A stretch of DNA of 64,000 nt from Flectonema sp. DT1601. Its lineage: Eukaryota. Positions within the stretch are counted from its first letter, which is position 1. Each line of letters opens with the position of its first letter. The notes beneath the pieces are model-generated. The model did not search any database and was not told the DNA's origin. It worked only from the letters and a program-made list of their open reading frames with translations. Below, one piece after another: positions 19,561 through 31,024 of the stretch. The stretch covers positions 1,116,001 to 1,180,000 of the forward strand of contig OZ025784.1 of the NCBI GenBank assembly GCA_964019425.1. Reading direction: 5' to 3'. The position numbers were made by a program, and so were the translations under genes.

Positions 19561-22311
19561 TCAACTAAAATCCCGAATATTTATCCCTTCAGCAGCTAAC
19601 AGCAGCCTCTGTGTTAATAACGACGACAGCAGAGGAATAAGACTCAAAGGTGATGCTGAAAGAGAAGAACGAACAACCGAACAAGCCAAGAACGGAATGG
19701 ATAACGGCGTAGCAATAAAAAAAGCTGCTGAAGCGAGATTCGATGGGGAAGTTAGCCTACCACATGATACTGAAGAACCATCTTGTAGTGCAATATGATC
19801 ACTGATGAGTCGAGCAATTGATGTAGTGTTTGCTGACCTGACTGGTGAATCATTTGACTGTGCGGAACTCTTTAAGGTGAGGATACAACACAAAGTGAAC
19901 AACACAACTCTCTCATCGGTGATACCATTTCTACTGAGTCTCCGCTTTAGTTCGACAATAGATGATTCTGATGATTTAACAATTGAAGAATACTTATTAA
20001 TATCACAATCAGACATCCGACCCAATCCTGCCTCAGCAAATATACGAAGCAATAATATTTCACCTTCCTCGCTTGAGGTGATGTGGTCACTTAGACCAGG
20101 TCGGTATGCATCTGCAACCCTTCGTAGTACAGTTGCCCATTGAAGTGTTTGAGACATTATTATGTTTAGTTTTTCTGTTGGTGTTCTACATTTGGGTAGC
20201 ATTTTCTTTGTTATAATAAACCAACTCTCTGAATGAGAATCTCCAAAGCATACACACTTCGGAAGTGATACCCCCAACAGTAAACCTGCACTGACTCTAG
20301 CTGACGGACCCATCGCTACTAATAATAAAAAAGGTCTGATAAGACCAGAATGTTGAGCAAGAGTTTTGTAGTTGCTCTGTCTGCTTAAATCGTCTTGCAA
20401 TGATCGTTGGGTTTCACCTGAAAATATTAAATGTTTACCTTCAGAATGAAGATCCCACTTCTGACTGAACGAAGCAACAAACACATGTTCACATTGAGAG
20501 CAAAGTAAACCACCGCATGACATTCCTGTTTCACACCGAGCACATGTTGTTGTTTGTTGATAACAAGAAGTACACTGGTATGAATTTCGTAAAAGTCCTC
20601 TGTATAATAGTATGTGATCACTTACTTCTATACACCAAGAGCACCATCTGCTTTGTATATTCCAGTTTGATAAGGTTTGTTTTATTTTGGATTTTGATGT
20701 CATCCATTTTTTTATATGTTTTGAACATTTCACACATGAAGTCTCTCCACTACCTCGTGCCATTCCTTCATAGCAGCGAATGCATTTAAAAGTGAATTTA
20801 CAACACGATGTACAACTATAACAGTTGCTTTCTACTATGTTAGTTTTTCGAAGTTTATGTGGTGATAGAAGGAGACACCATGAACACCATCGAGTAATTA
20901 GTTTTGGTTTATTACCCCATTTGACAATCACAGAGCTATCCGATTCACGCTTCAGTGAAACAATCCAATTCTGACTGTGAGCAGCACAGAATAAATTCGG
21001 ACCATTATGATGGTAATTAGCCATACTGTTGCAGGAATGTACAGAACAACGAACAGATATCTGACTGCATCCTCTACATTGATAAAGCGATCTAATTAAT
21101 TTTGGTCTGACTACGATATGTTCTTCACTATTATAACAACCGCTGCACCATCCATACCAAGTACTACCTTGTTGGAGTCCTGTGACTGACGTTACTGACG
21201 ATAACTCTTGTTGGTTGTCATACGTGACAGACAATTGTAAATCTGCCAAGAGTTGTATCATCGACTTGCTGATATTCACTCCACACACATCAAGGCAGTT
21301 TAATGTTTCTTTACGCTCCACACACTGAGATAACACTGTTACAGATTTATCGGTAAAAATATTTTTTGACAAATCCAAAGATTGCAAGCTGCTATTTACA
21401 TACAATCCTTGTGACAAAGCCAGAACACCATCATCTCCTATTGAATTGTTAGAGAGATCGACCGATGTTAGTCTACATAATGGTTTTTTTAAAAATTGTC
21501 CGAAATTAACCGCACCATCATCACCCAACCTTCCGCACGTCGAACCTTTAAATCGAAAATCCACAATCGATGAATTGTTTAAGCAGTTGAGAAGCTTTGA
21601 CATGAATGAAGGTTTTGCGATGTAAATATTACTTCCGATGTCCAGAAGCTGTAGTTTTCTTCCAATAGAATCAACAACTAAAACAATAGATTCCTCAGAA
21701 AGCTTACAATTACTTATATTTAATGAAGAGAGAGAAGACCGATTGTTATTTGAGATAGAGTTGCAAAGGTCTGGGATGTTAATATCTCCTAATTGGTTAT
21801 TTGATATATTTAAATGACAAATTCCGTCTACAAAACAAGATCGATATAAAGAGCTAAGAGTTACAACAGATTTTGAAGTTATTAAATTTGAAGCAATCGA
21901 GAATACCGCGACTTTCTTTACTTCGAATAGCTTAGCAACGTCGGAAAAACCATCATCAGTAAGTCGATTACCACATAAATTAAGAGTTGTTATATCAGAC
22001 CCGATTGACATGGTGTCACACAAGACTCCGATGCCTTCGTCTCCTATCTTTTCGAATCCAAGATCTACCACAGGTCCATTGACACTACTTAGAGCTCGCT
22101 TGAGTCTTCTTTCTAATACTACTTCGGCTATCTTCTCTTCTTTGACTTTGGCATCGCATGTTTCTGTTTTGCATACGCAGTCTGCGTGACAATACTGACC
22201 ACACCATCCACACTGAACCCCAGGTTTCAGTGGCATTATCCACTTCTCACAGATTGAGCAGTGTGTGAAATAGCTCCATGTTTTTAGAAACATGTGTCCT
22301 CCAGAAGCCAT
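19561..22311 (-). CDS. C1 domain + RNI-like leucine-rich repeat + Cys-rich repeat protein
   Basis: C1 motif H.F......CSIC.......CGWC...CH..C......C; LRRs such as LTSVDLSNNSIGDDG; three WCS(W/G)C...H...Y.C..C repeats. Start moved from the track's 22377 to the ATG at 22311, which follows a cacttacAG acceptor. Confidence 0.85.
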   Translation of the reverse strand: MASGGHMFLKTWSYFTHCSICEKWIMPLKPGVQCGWCGQYCHADCVCKTETCDAKVKEEKIAEVVLERRLKRALSSVNGPVVDLGFEKIGDEGIGVLCDTMSIGSDITTLNLCGNRLTDDGFSDVAKLFEVKKVAVFSIASNLITSKSVVTLSSLYRSCFVDGICHLNISNNQLGDINIPDLCNSISNNNRSSLSSLNISNCKLSEESIVLVVDSIGRKLQLLDIGSNIYIAKPSFMSKLLNCLNNSSIVDFRFKGSTCGRLGDDGAVNFGQFLKKPLCRLTSVDLSNNSIGDDGVLALSQGLYVNSSLQSLDLSKNIFTDKSVTVLSQCVERKETLNCLDVCGVNISKSMIQLLADLQLSVTYDNQQELSSVTSVTGLQQGSTWYGWCSGCYNSEEHIVVRPKLIRSLYQCRGCSQISVRCSVHSCNSMANYHHNGPNLFCAAHSQNWIVSLKRESDSSVIVKWGNKPKLITRWCSWCLLLSPHKLRKTNIVESNCYSCTSCCKFTFKCIRCYEGMARGSGETSCVKCSKHIKKWMTSKSKIKQTLSNWNIQSRWCSWCIEVSDHILLYRGLLRNSYQCTSCYQQTTTCARCETGMSCGGLLCSQCEHVFVASFSQKWDLHSEGKHLIFSGETQRSLQDDLSRQSNYKTLAQHSGLIRPFLLLVAMGPSARVSAGLLLGVSLPKCVCFGDSHSESWFIITKKMLPKCRTPTEKLNIIMSQTLQWATVLRRVADAYRPGLSDHITSSEEGEILLLRIFAEAGLGRMSDCDINKYSSIVKSSESSIVELKRRLSRNGITDERVVLFTLCCILTLKSSAQSNDSPVRSANTTSIARLISDHIALQDGSSVSCGRLTSPSNLASAAFFIATPLSIPFLACSVVRSSLSASPLSLIPLLSSLLTQRLLLAAEGINIRDFS

Positions 22312-23024
22312 CTTAATGTCCTCCTTCTGTAAGTGAATAATACTAATTAGATATAATATAACTGTGGGATATGACAAATCAGAATGTTAGTTTCAGTTGC
22401 AGTGTTTGTAAACACGTCTGTTCCTGAGAGTAATTATAAGATGGTTGTTTATAACAACGTAGTATGGGTTTGATAAATATGAACATTTTTTTTTTTTTTT
22501 TTTTTTTTTTTTAGTGATATATCCTAAACCAGAACAGAATATTAGCAAAGTGAAGACTTCCCCTGCAAAAAACAAACGCAAAGAACCAGAAGCAAAAGTG
22601 TTTGCGCTCACAATTATTCGCATGTGGCCGCAACAACGGCAGATAAGAATTTATGGGGAGGGGGGAAGTTAATTGAAGAAACAAAAAAAGAAATCTCAAG
22701 ATTAGTAAAGAGTCTTTCAACAAGTCAAGTCACCGACACTCAACAGAACAGAACTGTTTCTAAGTTTTTTTTTTTTTCTTCCTCTTCCATGGTTAGCGAC
22801 CTTTAAAACTCACTAAGATATCACTTTAGGGAGGCATTACTCTTCTTGTTAGGATTAATAGTTTAAGCAAAAAAAGGAGGGGGAAAAAGAGAACCAAAGG
22901 GACTTACAAGAAAAAGAACCCACATCAAGCCCATATCTTATTAGCTTCTGAACATACCCCTGTGCAGTGGGGTGTCTGGTGGATGTGCATGGAAAAGACA
23001 GGGGAGATCTCTTCTCTTGCATCA

Positions 23025-23130
23025 GGCCGTACCGTTAACCGCAATAGGTCTCCCAGGCTAAAAGCCTCTGGCCGACAGAACAATGTAGGTAAGGGAAGTC
23101 GGCAAACTAAATCCGTAAGCTCAAAGGATA
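23025..23130 (+). pseudogene. Isolated ~105-bp fragment of large-subunit (28S-type) rRNA
   Basis: cgtacc...ccgca..aggtctcc.agg..aa.agcctctgg...gaacaatgtaggtaagggaagtcggcaa...atccgtaa matches a conserved eukaryotic LSU rRNA segment; the flanks are not rRNA. Confidence 0.85.
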
Positions 23131-23256
23131 AACCATTAATTTATTTTTTATTTTATTTTTTTTTTTTTTTGATGTTCTCTTTTTAATAAAGTAAAGTAAA
23201 ACTACAGGGCAAGTTACAATACAAACAACCATAAAGGGTTACCTTAAAAGTGTAAC

Positions 23257-24306
23257 TTAAAGTGAGGTTCTCCCTTTCATAAGTTGAAGATATTCTTCAT
23301 AACCCATATTAGAAACGTCAACGTCAACGGGTAAGTCGATAGCTATTATCGGTTGTGTTGTTGTTGATTGTTTTGGGTTGTCTAATGCTGTACAAATTGC
23401 TTTTCCTTCATCCGATGGCAACACAGTACCTGAAGGACTCGCAGCATGTTTATTATTAACAAGATCAACTGATACCCAATTTATACTAACACATCTAATC
23501 CACTCTTTGGGTAATGACAAATGAGGAGGTCGAGATACAACAGCTGATGTCACATTGCCGTAAGCAACGAATTGATCATCAATGGAGAGGAGTGCAATAA
23601 TTTTACGTTTTTCTGAACAGAAATTGTTCAAAGTCGGCACGATCGATTCTTCAATATGCAACATACCATGCTTTACTGATATAGCTAAGTCTTCATGAGT
23701 AGGAGACCGAAATACCATGTACGTCGTATTGATTAATTGTTTCTTCTGAACTTCAGCCAACAACCGATCACGTATAGCAATAAGGTGTTGCTCTTGTAGA
23801 GCCACTTGCTGTAATTGCTGTTGCTCCTGATGCCGTTGATCTAAAACAGGTCCTAAAGCAGAGAGGAGATCACCCAAGGCAGCTCTCTTCACTTCTCCAG
23901 ACCCAGCATTATTAAAAGGATGACGACGTTTTCTTTTGAAGTCTCGGTCTGGATTAATAGTTGCATTTAATTTGTATTGTCCAAATGATTGCATTCCGGG
24001 TACTTCTTGCACAGCTCTTGCAGCGGCTGCTCCATTAGACATTGTTACCGATCCCATACCGTTGCCTTCAAGTTTAGATTTTCGTACTACCCCATATCTC
24101 TCGAATGTGCGGGCAAGTCTTCCAGGATCCCAGTCAGGAGGTATGAATGCGATGTGTACTTCTGTAGGCTCTTCGCACTTCTCAGCAGCCAAGATCTCTG
24201 CGAGTGCCTCGCTATCGTGTTTGAACTTACAACCTTCTCCATAGTTGCACATCTGCCGAAGAAAGTGTCGGCACACAGACTGGTCAGCCTGTTCTTCACC
24301 CGCCAT
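23257..24306 (-). CDS. CCCH zinc finger + RRM + YTH-like domain RNA-binding protein
   Basis: CRHFLRQMCNYGEGCKFKH (C-x7-C-x5-C-x3-H); RRM (VHIAFIP...FERYGVV...GMGSVTM); YTH-like YMVFRS...DLAISVKHG...LN...IIALLS...FVAYG.VTS...INWV. ATG at 24306 follows a ttccttcacAG acceptor. Confidence 0.8.
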   Translation of the reverse strand: MAGEEQADQSVCRHFLRQMCNYGEGCKFKHDSEALAEILAAEKCEEPTEVHIAFIPPDWDPGRLARTFERYGVVRKSKLEGNGMGSVTMSNGAAAARAVQEVPGMQSFGQYKLNATINPDRDFKRKRRHPFNNAGSGEVKRAALGDLLSALGPVLDQRHQEQQQLQQVALQEQHLIAIRDRLLAEVQKKQLINTTYMVFRSPTHEDLAISVKHGMLHIEESIVPTLNNFCSEKRKIIALLSIDDQFVAYGNVTSAVVSRPPHLSLPKEWIRCVSINWVSVDLVNNKHAASPSGTVLPSDEGKAICTALDNPKQSTTTQPIIAIDLPVDVDVSNMGYEEYLQLMKGRTSL

Positions 24307-24422
24307 GGTCCACACCCCTCCCTTTGGCTGTGAAGGAACAGAATGAAAAAAATAAAAATAACAATTCATCCTCTTCGATAAGAATACGACGGGTCTACCA
24401 ACCAACTGCGTCATTAATTGTA

Positions 24423-24466
24423 TACCTGCAACACCTGCAACACCTGCAACACCTGCAACACCTGCA
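24423..24466. repeat. 9-bp microsatellite (acctgcaac) x ~5
   Basis: Seen directly; it produces the GVAGVA stretch in the extended ORF call. Confidence 0.9.
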
Positions 24467-25418
24467 TCACAAGAAAAATAAAACATAACGCTCCTCACAC
24501 GATCACATATCAAAAACTAAAACCGCTAAGGAGCAAGGCACCGGGGATGCGAGGGAAAACATATGCAGAAAAAGCCATCAATGAAAAATAACTTTTTTTT
24601 ATTTTACTGTTCTCCTTGCATCAATTATTCTCTCCAGTGTCTAGCCATACTTCCCTCCTGACCGATCGAAAAGCCATGAGTATTAAATAAATAAAGCGAA
24701 CACCACTACAACTTTGTTTTTTTTTGTTTTTTTAAATCGCGAAAAAAGAAAAACATTTTTTTTGGGAGAGGAGAGAAGAAAAAAAAAAATACATAAGTAT
24801 TCTTAATAAATATAAAGAACGTCTCTAGGTAAACAGATTTCACTAAAAACATTCGCATCCTTGCGAGACAAGTATGATTTCTGGTGAGGTGACACCCCTA
24901 GAATAAGAAGAAAAAGAGAAAAAAAACCATCCAATTAAGGTAACTTAGAAAGATGAGATATGAGAGTAGGAGGGGAAACATAATTATCAAGTGAATCACA
25001 GATAGAAGATGCCCATTTTTAAAGGGTTTTATGTCATAAAGCGAAATCACGGTTTTTTTTTTTTTTTTTCTCTCACAAGAAACTTATACGGGAAAGAGTA
25101 TTGAAAAAGGAAATATTTAGATTCCCTAAATCAGAATTTTTTTTTTATTCATTAACGAGAACACCAAAATCGTAACAAAAAAAACCGTGAGACGGTTGGC
25201 AACTGAGGTTATCCCCAGCAACCTCCACTTCGAATTCTTTTTTTTTTTTTTTTTTTTTTTCGACAAGGGTTTTTTTTTTTTTTTTTCCCCCATGCCAACA
25301 TGTATAACAAAGGAAGTTTCTTCTTTTAAAAAAAAAAAAAGAATAAATAAATAAAGTATTAAAAAAAAAGCAGCATGTTACCTTATTAAATTCCAGTCAG
25401 GAATCACATGTATAAAAA

Positions 25419-25519
25419 GTTAGTTATATAATCCAACGTTACTGTATATTATGAGTGCTAGGTAACTCACAGTAACAGAGGACCCAATCCGTAGCCATAT
25501 CGAATATTTCGCATGGATT
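25419..25519 (-). mobile_element. 5'-truncated copy of the Penelope-like element 3' end
   Basis: Near-identical to 47771-47871 (gttatataatccaacgttactg...gacccaatccgt.gccatatc). Confidence 0.9.
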
Positions 25520-27047
25520 GTTGAAGTAGCATCTGACTGAAAGATTAATGAAATACCAATCAAAAAGAACAACATCACTGAGTGTGTCATTATAAAAAAA
25601 AAAAATATCAGAATTTTTTTTTTTTTTTTTTGAATAAGTTGATGAGAATATTCTTGCTTTTCACAAAGGACTGGAGCGAATAAGCAAGAATTTGGGTAAA
25701 TAGTGACTCCTTTGGGTAGATCTTCTCGACGAGAAACTTTAATAATGTATTTGAGATGGTTATTAAATATAGAACAACCAAACTCAAAGTAACTCGCAAG
25801 GTAGTACTTCCCCCCCAAAAGGTATATTTCTGATTAACAAAAAAAAAAAAAAAAAAAAAAAAAAATCTCAACTAGGGAGACGCATTCCGCCCTTTACTCA
25901 CAGCAGAAAGCAAAAAAAAAGCAAGTGAGTCTGTTTTTTTGTATAAAATGAGGTTTTTTTTTTTTTTTAAAGAAGAAAGCTTCAAAGAATCACCAATGAG
26001 AACCTCATGTTGCTTTCGGAAGTAAGGCAGCGCAGTAGGTGTTTTGAAACCGTATTTTTTTTTTTTCGTTTGGTTCTCTGTTTTTTTTGTAAATAAACGA
26101 AAGGGAGGTCCACGTAGAGTTTCTTCTTACGGGAAGCTTCGCTAGCAATTAAAAAAATTAAAAAATAAATAAAAAAAATAAAGAAACAAAAAAAGAAACA
26201 AAAAAACCACTTTGTTAACATTTGTAACCTTCAGCTATCTAAAAAAGAAGGAAATTATTTATTTCCATTGAAACCGTGAAAGGTAGAAAAACCTTTTACG
26301 AACACACACAACAACAAATGAGTTCCTTTTTTTTTTTTTTTTTTTTTTTCCTCTCTTCCCTTCTCCCCACGCTATATAACCGTCAAAGACTATTCAGTGA
26401 CCCGTTGGCTACGTTCTTTGTAATCACCAGCGTAATATGAAATATATAATTAAATAAATAAAGTAACAAAGGAAAGTAACGGAACGTGTAGTTCTAAGCA
26501 GCCAGAAAGTTCTTTTTTTACAACAATCAGCTGAAGTCATCAACATGGACGCAGCCAAAGACGTTCACATTCTTTTTTGACAAAATCCGAGAGGTTTAAA
26601 AAGTTAATTACTTCTTTTTTTTTCCATCTCGAAGGACACGTTTACGAGCGAAAGATAATTGTGGCAGCGTAACGTTAACACCCTCTTACTTTATACAGGC
26701 TTGTTTCCGGCTTGCACGCACAAGTTATTTATTGGCATCAGTAAAAAGGTTATATAAATAATATGGTTTCCTTGAAAAATAAACCATAAAAAAGATTCTA
26801 AAAACAAAAAAAATATATTTATGAAAGAAATAAATATCTGCAGTGTACCAGATGGCTCAGTGACCTAAAAGTAATGTAAAACAGAGTTGAGAGTATTTGA
26901 ATTTGTAAAATACAACTTGTATTGTATCATATTAACATAACGACAAAGGAGGGAAAAGGAGAATCAGAAAAAAACTTAATCAGCAAATCCTAACTTTCAG
27001 TTATGCTGTATCTTACACCACTACCTACTTCGGGTTCGTTCCAAAAG

Positions 27048-27083
<36 letters not shown>

Positions 27084-28350
27084 ACAATTATTTTTCTTCT
27101 TTTCAATTCTATTTCTCCACGTCGTTGAAGAACAAAAGAACAGCCAGCTTGGCAAACAAACGAAATGGGATAACCGTGAGCATATTTTATTGTATCGAAA
27201 TAAACTAATATAAAAATTTAGTAATTTATGAAACGGTAAAAAAGAAAAAAAAGGGGGGGGGGGGGACCTTTGATACGATACGAAAAGATTTATCTGGGAA
27301 GAATACTGCAGGTCTTTGCACAAAAAAATAAAAATACTGTCACCATGAAACAGAAGGCGTTGAACATTGCCTGGTTTCTTTGGTGGAGGCCACGTGAACG
27401 TAGTTGAGCACCTCTTGCCTACGCTACCGTAACAGTGAAAAACAGCTGTAAATTAAAATCAATGTGAAAAAAATAAAATGAAACCAAAGGTTAACAGTGG
27501 ACGAATCCGACGTAAGGCTTTCCTAGACTACTCGAGTCTTCAGCGGTCCGCTCGGTGATAGCAGCCTAGGAAGGACAAGCTCACCCATCTGCCTGGAGAC
27601 CATTCAAATTGGGGGGGGGGGGGCGGAGAGCAGAGACACAAGCGATTAGTAAGAAGAGAGTAGTATCTGATTATTGTTTTGTGTGGTTGCGCAGATTTAT
27701 CAATGTAGTCTGTTCGTTCGTGTAGTATTTTATACAACTGCGGAGGGGGGAAAAAAATGCAAGGAAACAAACATTGTTGAAACATAACGCTATTTTGATT
27801 TTTTTTTTTTAGTAAAAAAAAACCCTTACTCACGACGACAGAGAGCTTTTAAAAGACTCTTTTTTTTTTACAAGGCATTGTTCACCAGGAGGATGTTAAA
27901 ATTGGTAATAAATACAACTCATTGTAAAAAAAAAAAAAAAAAAAAACGGAAAAATATAAGAATCTCCCAATAGCTCCCTGACTACGTGTCAGTAGAGAGC
28001 GTAACTTGACTAAATGGTTAATCAATAACAGTGTGATCCTTTGAACAAGAGAGCAAAAGCACAACGATAACAATGTTTTTATTCAATTATTCCGTTGACA
28101 AGATAGATAAATTACGCACCAATTACCTCATGTGACATCCAACAAATGTTATTCAATGTCGCATACACTACACTTAATTGGGGTTAAGGATGGTTAAGGG
28201 TTAGAATAACAAATCTAATATCGATCGTACTGCAACCTCTCCGAACTAATCAAAACATAACTCAAAAATAAGTATGAAATGATTCACGGAGATACGGAAC
28301 TGTGGCACTACAACAGTGGTGTTCCCTATTAGCAGTATATATTTATAGTA

Positions 28351-28351
28351 T

Positions 28352-28390
<39 letters not shown>

Positions 28391-28523
28391 CGAAGCCTAG
28401 GAAGCCAAAAGCCAGGAAAAGCTCACAGTTATATCGCTACTAGCAACCGTGAGACTCTCACAGACGATAAGAGACGTAGAATAACCTGGAACAAATGACT
28501 ACCTAAACCCACCGTCCACGCGA
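28351..28523 (-). mobile_element. (TAAA)n-tailed SINE/LINE-3'-end-like repeat, copy 1
   Basis: (attt)n followed by cgaagcctaggaagccaaaagccagg...; near-identical to 30868-31024, with a partial copy at 33830-33910. Confidence 0.8.
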
Positions 28524-29191
28524 GTAAAGACTAGTAAAGTGGAAGGGGGGAAAAAACGAATGGGGGAAAAAGGGGGTTTTAAGTATTTAAATTTTTTATA
28601 ACATAAACGATAACAGTGAACTACAGTAAATGATTAAAAAAAATATTAAGTTTCCGTAAGAGTAATTTATATACCTCTTAAATGCTGCGAAGTAGTTCCC
28701 TTCTTTTTTTTTTTTTTTTTTTTTTTTCTCGTTATTACTGAATGGAAGTTAATTTAATTTTTTTGTACACAAACCTGATTAGCAGTAGCTCTCGGAGTGA
28801 AGTCGGAAAAAAAAAAAAAAAAAAAAATGATACCACTGAAAACTAAACCTTATCTCATAACTCATATTATTTTGCCTAATTCAATTCAAGTTTTCAAAAA
28901 GAAACTTTTTTTTTTTTTTTTTTTCCCACACAATCCAAAAAAAACCAAATGAAAAACCGCAATAAAGGAAGCATCTTGTTATCAGAATGTGATTGTTGTT
29001 AATTTTGATAACCAGCTGTCAATATAACTCAAAAGCGTTACCCCTTAGTAGCTGCTGAGGAGATCTTATCGATTTTCTGTATGAACATCAACAGAAAATC
29101 GATAAGTTTAGTTAGCTATAATAGTTAGTATTAATGGTTGTTATCAGTCAAAAGAAGGGGAGAGGGCGGGAAAATTCAATCGAATGCAAAA

Positions 29192-29236
29192 GTTAGTTAT
29201 ATAATCCAACGTTACTGTGTATTATGAGTGCTAGGT
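29192..29236 (-). mobile_element. Very short 5'-truncated copy of the Penelope-like element 3' end
   Basis: gttagttatataatccaacgttactgtgtattatgagtgctaggt matches 25419-25463 and the 47.8-kb end. Confidence 0.85.
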
Positions 29237-30867
29237 TTGCCTTCGTAATTGACAATATGTTTGAGTATTTGGCATTAAAAATAGATTGTTTTTAATTTTT
29301 TTTTTAATCTGTTGTCTAAATTTTTTTTTGGAAATTATCCATTTTATCTACATCGTCTCAAGATATTTTAAAAAGAAGAAGAAAAAAAGAAAGAAAAGTA
29401 TTATAGAAATGCACCAACAAGAATTATAATTTTAAAAAAAATCCATATGCCGACGAGGTTCCAATTTCAAGAAGGAAAAAGGAAAACAACTAAAATTCGC
29501 AAGTATGTTCTGGTATGTTAATCTGCAAACAGCTATGTCATTGGTATTTTATTCATTTTAGGAAGCCAAAAAAAAAAAAAAAAAAAAAAGAAATCAGTAA
29601 AAAATCTCAACAACAGGGTAACAATTCGATCGCTACCATCCAACAGTGAGATTAGACGGCTGATAACACCAATTTTTCTTTTTTGCAAAGAGAGGGAGAA
29701 CACATCACATTAGATCAGAGAATAAGAAGCAAGGGAATGATTTAAGAAAAGAGAAATGATACTAAATAAAAGTAAAAAGTAAGACAACTACACTAAAAAA
29801 GGAAACAATCGTTTTAATATCCACCCGGAGGATATCACTGCAGGAGGCTGCTTTAACCCGGGAAAGAAATTTAGAAAGCTTGGAAGATTGATCAGCGCAT
29901 CTACAAAAGAGAGCTCGTCCAGTAGTAACAAGATAATTCACCAGATATTCAAAACGGAAAATCCAAAACTATTCGCTATCTCAGTTTTGATGAATAAAAC
30001 CAAGCCGCAAGCTTCGAAGAAAATAAACAACCTTGTTGCTACCTATTTATATAAGACGAATCCCAACTTATCCTAAATAATGAGATTATATAAGGAAAAG
30101 ATAAAATAGATAAGCAGGTAAAGAAGAAGGGGGGGAACTGATAACAATTGAACTGATGGTATACCAGTACCAAAGACGCGACTGTTAAAGCGAGTATTAA
30201 ATACTCAATTGAGATAAAAACGTCACTTGTATCCCATTATCGAGACAGGATAATATTCATTGATGAACAGTACATGTTACTATACGACTCTATTCTTTTT
30301 AGAGGAAAGCAAAGGGGCAGCGGGAGGGATGCTAAACAAACAGCAAGAAACAAGAATATCTCCAAGCAACTCATCGATTTCCATATGTGATCATACGCAC
30401 TCTGTAATCTCCTTGCTTATAAAAGCATCAGAAGTTTTATTTTATTTTTTTCGTATTTGTACATTTGGAAATAACAAATGAATTGCCTTGCGGAAGAAAT
30501 ATGCAGCAGGATAATAACGGATGTAGCGAACAAAAGACACACGAAGGTAATCGACCGATGTCTGGCAGCTACAACATAGCGAGTAACGCTCAGTACATAA
30601 AGAAATTAATTAGGGTTTGCACACGGGAAAATACAAATTTTGGTTTAGAATTTAGTGGCAAAATGTGTCGCTTCAACGAGACGAAGAAAGTACACAAAAT
30701 GACTTCACTGCCAACACGAATTACAAATTTTAGAAAAGACACAATAAATGAGCGAAGACCATCGAGCGGATCCAATCCAACTCTGCATGTAAAAGTTAGC
30801 TAAGTTTTTTTTGAGTTTGTTAGGTAGTTAGTTTTTTTAATCCAACTTTGAACAGCATCACGGATCG

Positions 30868-31024
30868 TTATTTATTTATTTACGAAGCCTAGGAAGCCAA
30901 AAGCCAGGAAAAGCTCACAGGGTAACAGTTATATCGCTACCAGCAACCGTGAGACTCTCACAGACGATAAGAGACATAGAATAACCTGGAACAAATGACT
31001 ACCTAAACCCACTGCCCACGCGAG
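30868..31024 (-). mobile_element. (TAAA)n-tailed SINE/LINE-3'-end-like repeat, copy 2
   Basis: Near-identical to 28372-28523 apart from an 8-bp indel. Confidence 0.8.

Noticed and set aside
24307..24513. N-terminal extension of the 418-aa ORF
   Set aside because: Runs through a microsatellite and a pyrimidine tract/AG from a non-ATG start; the ATG at 24306 is more plausible.
27505..27550. CUGAAGA...GAAA on the minus strand as a hammerhead
   Set aside because: Stem II is mismatched, no NUH site with a proper stem I was found, and a 13-bp alternative helix sequesters the GAAA region.
28179..28204. Telomere-like gggttaagg/gggttag
   Set aside because: Too short and degenerate to call an interstitial telomere repeat.
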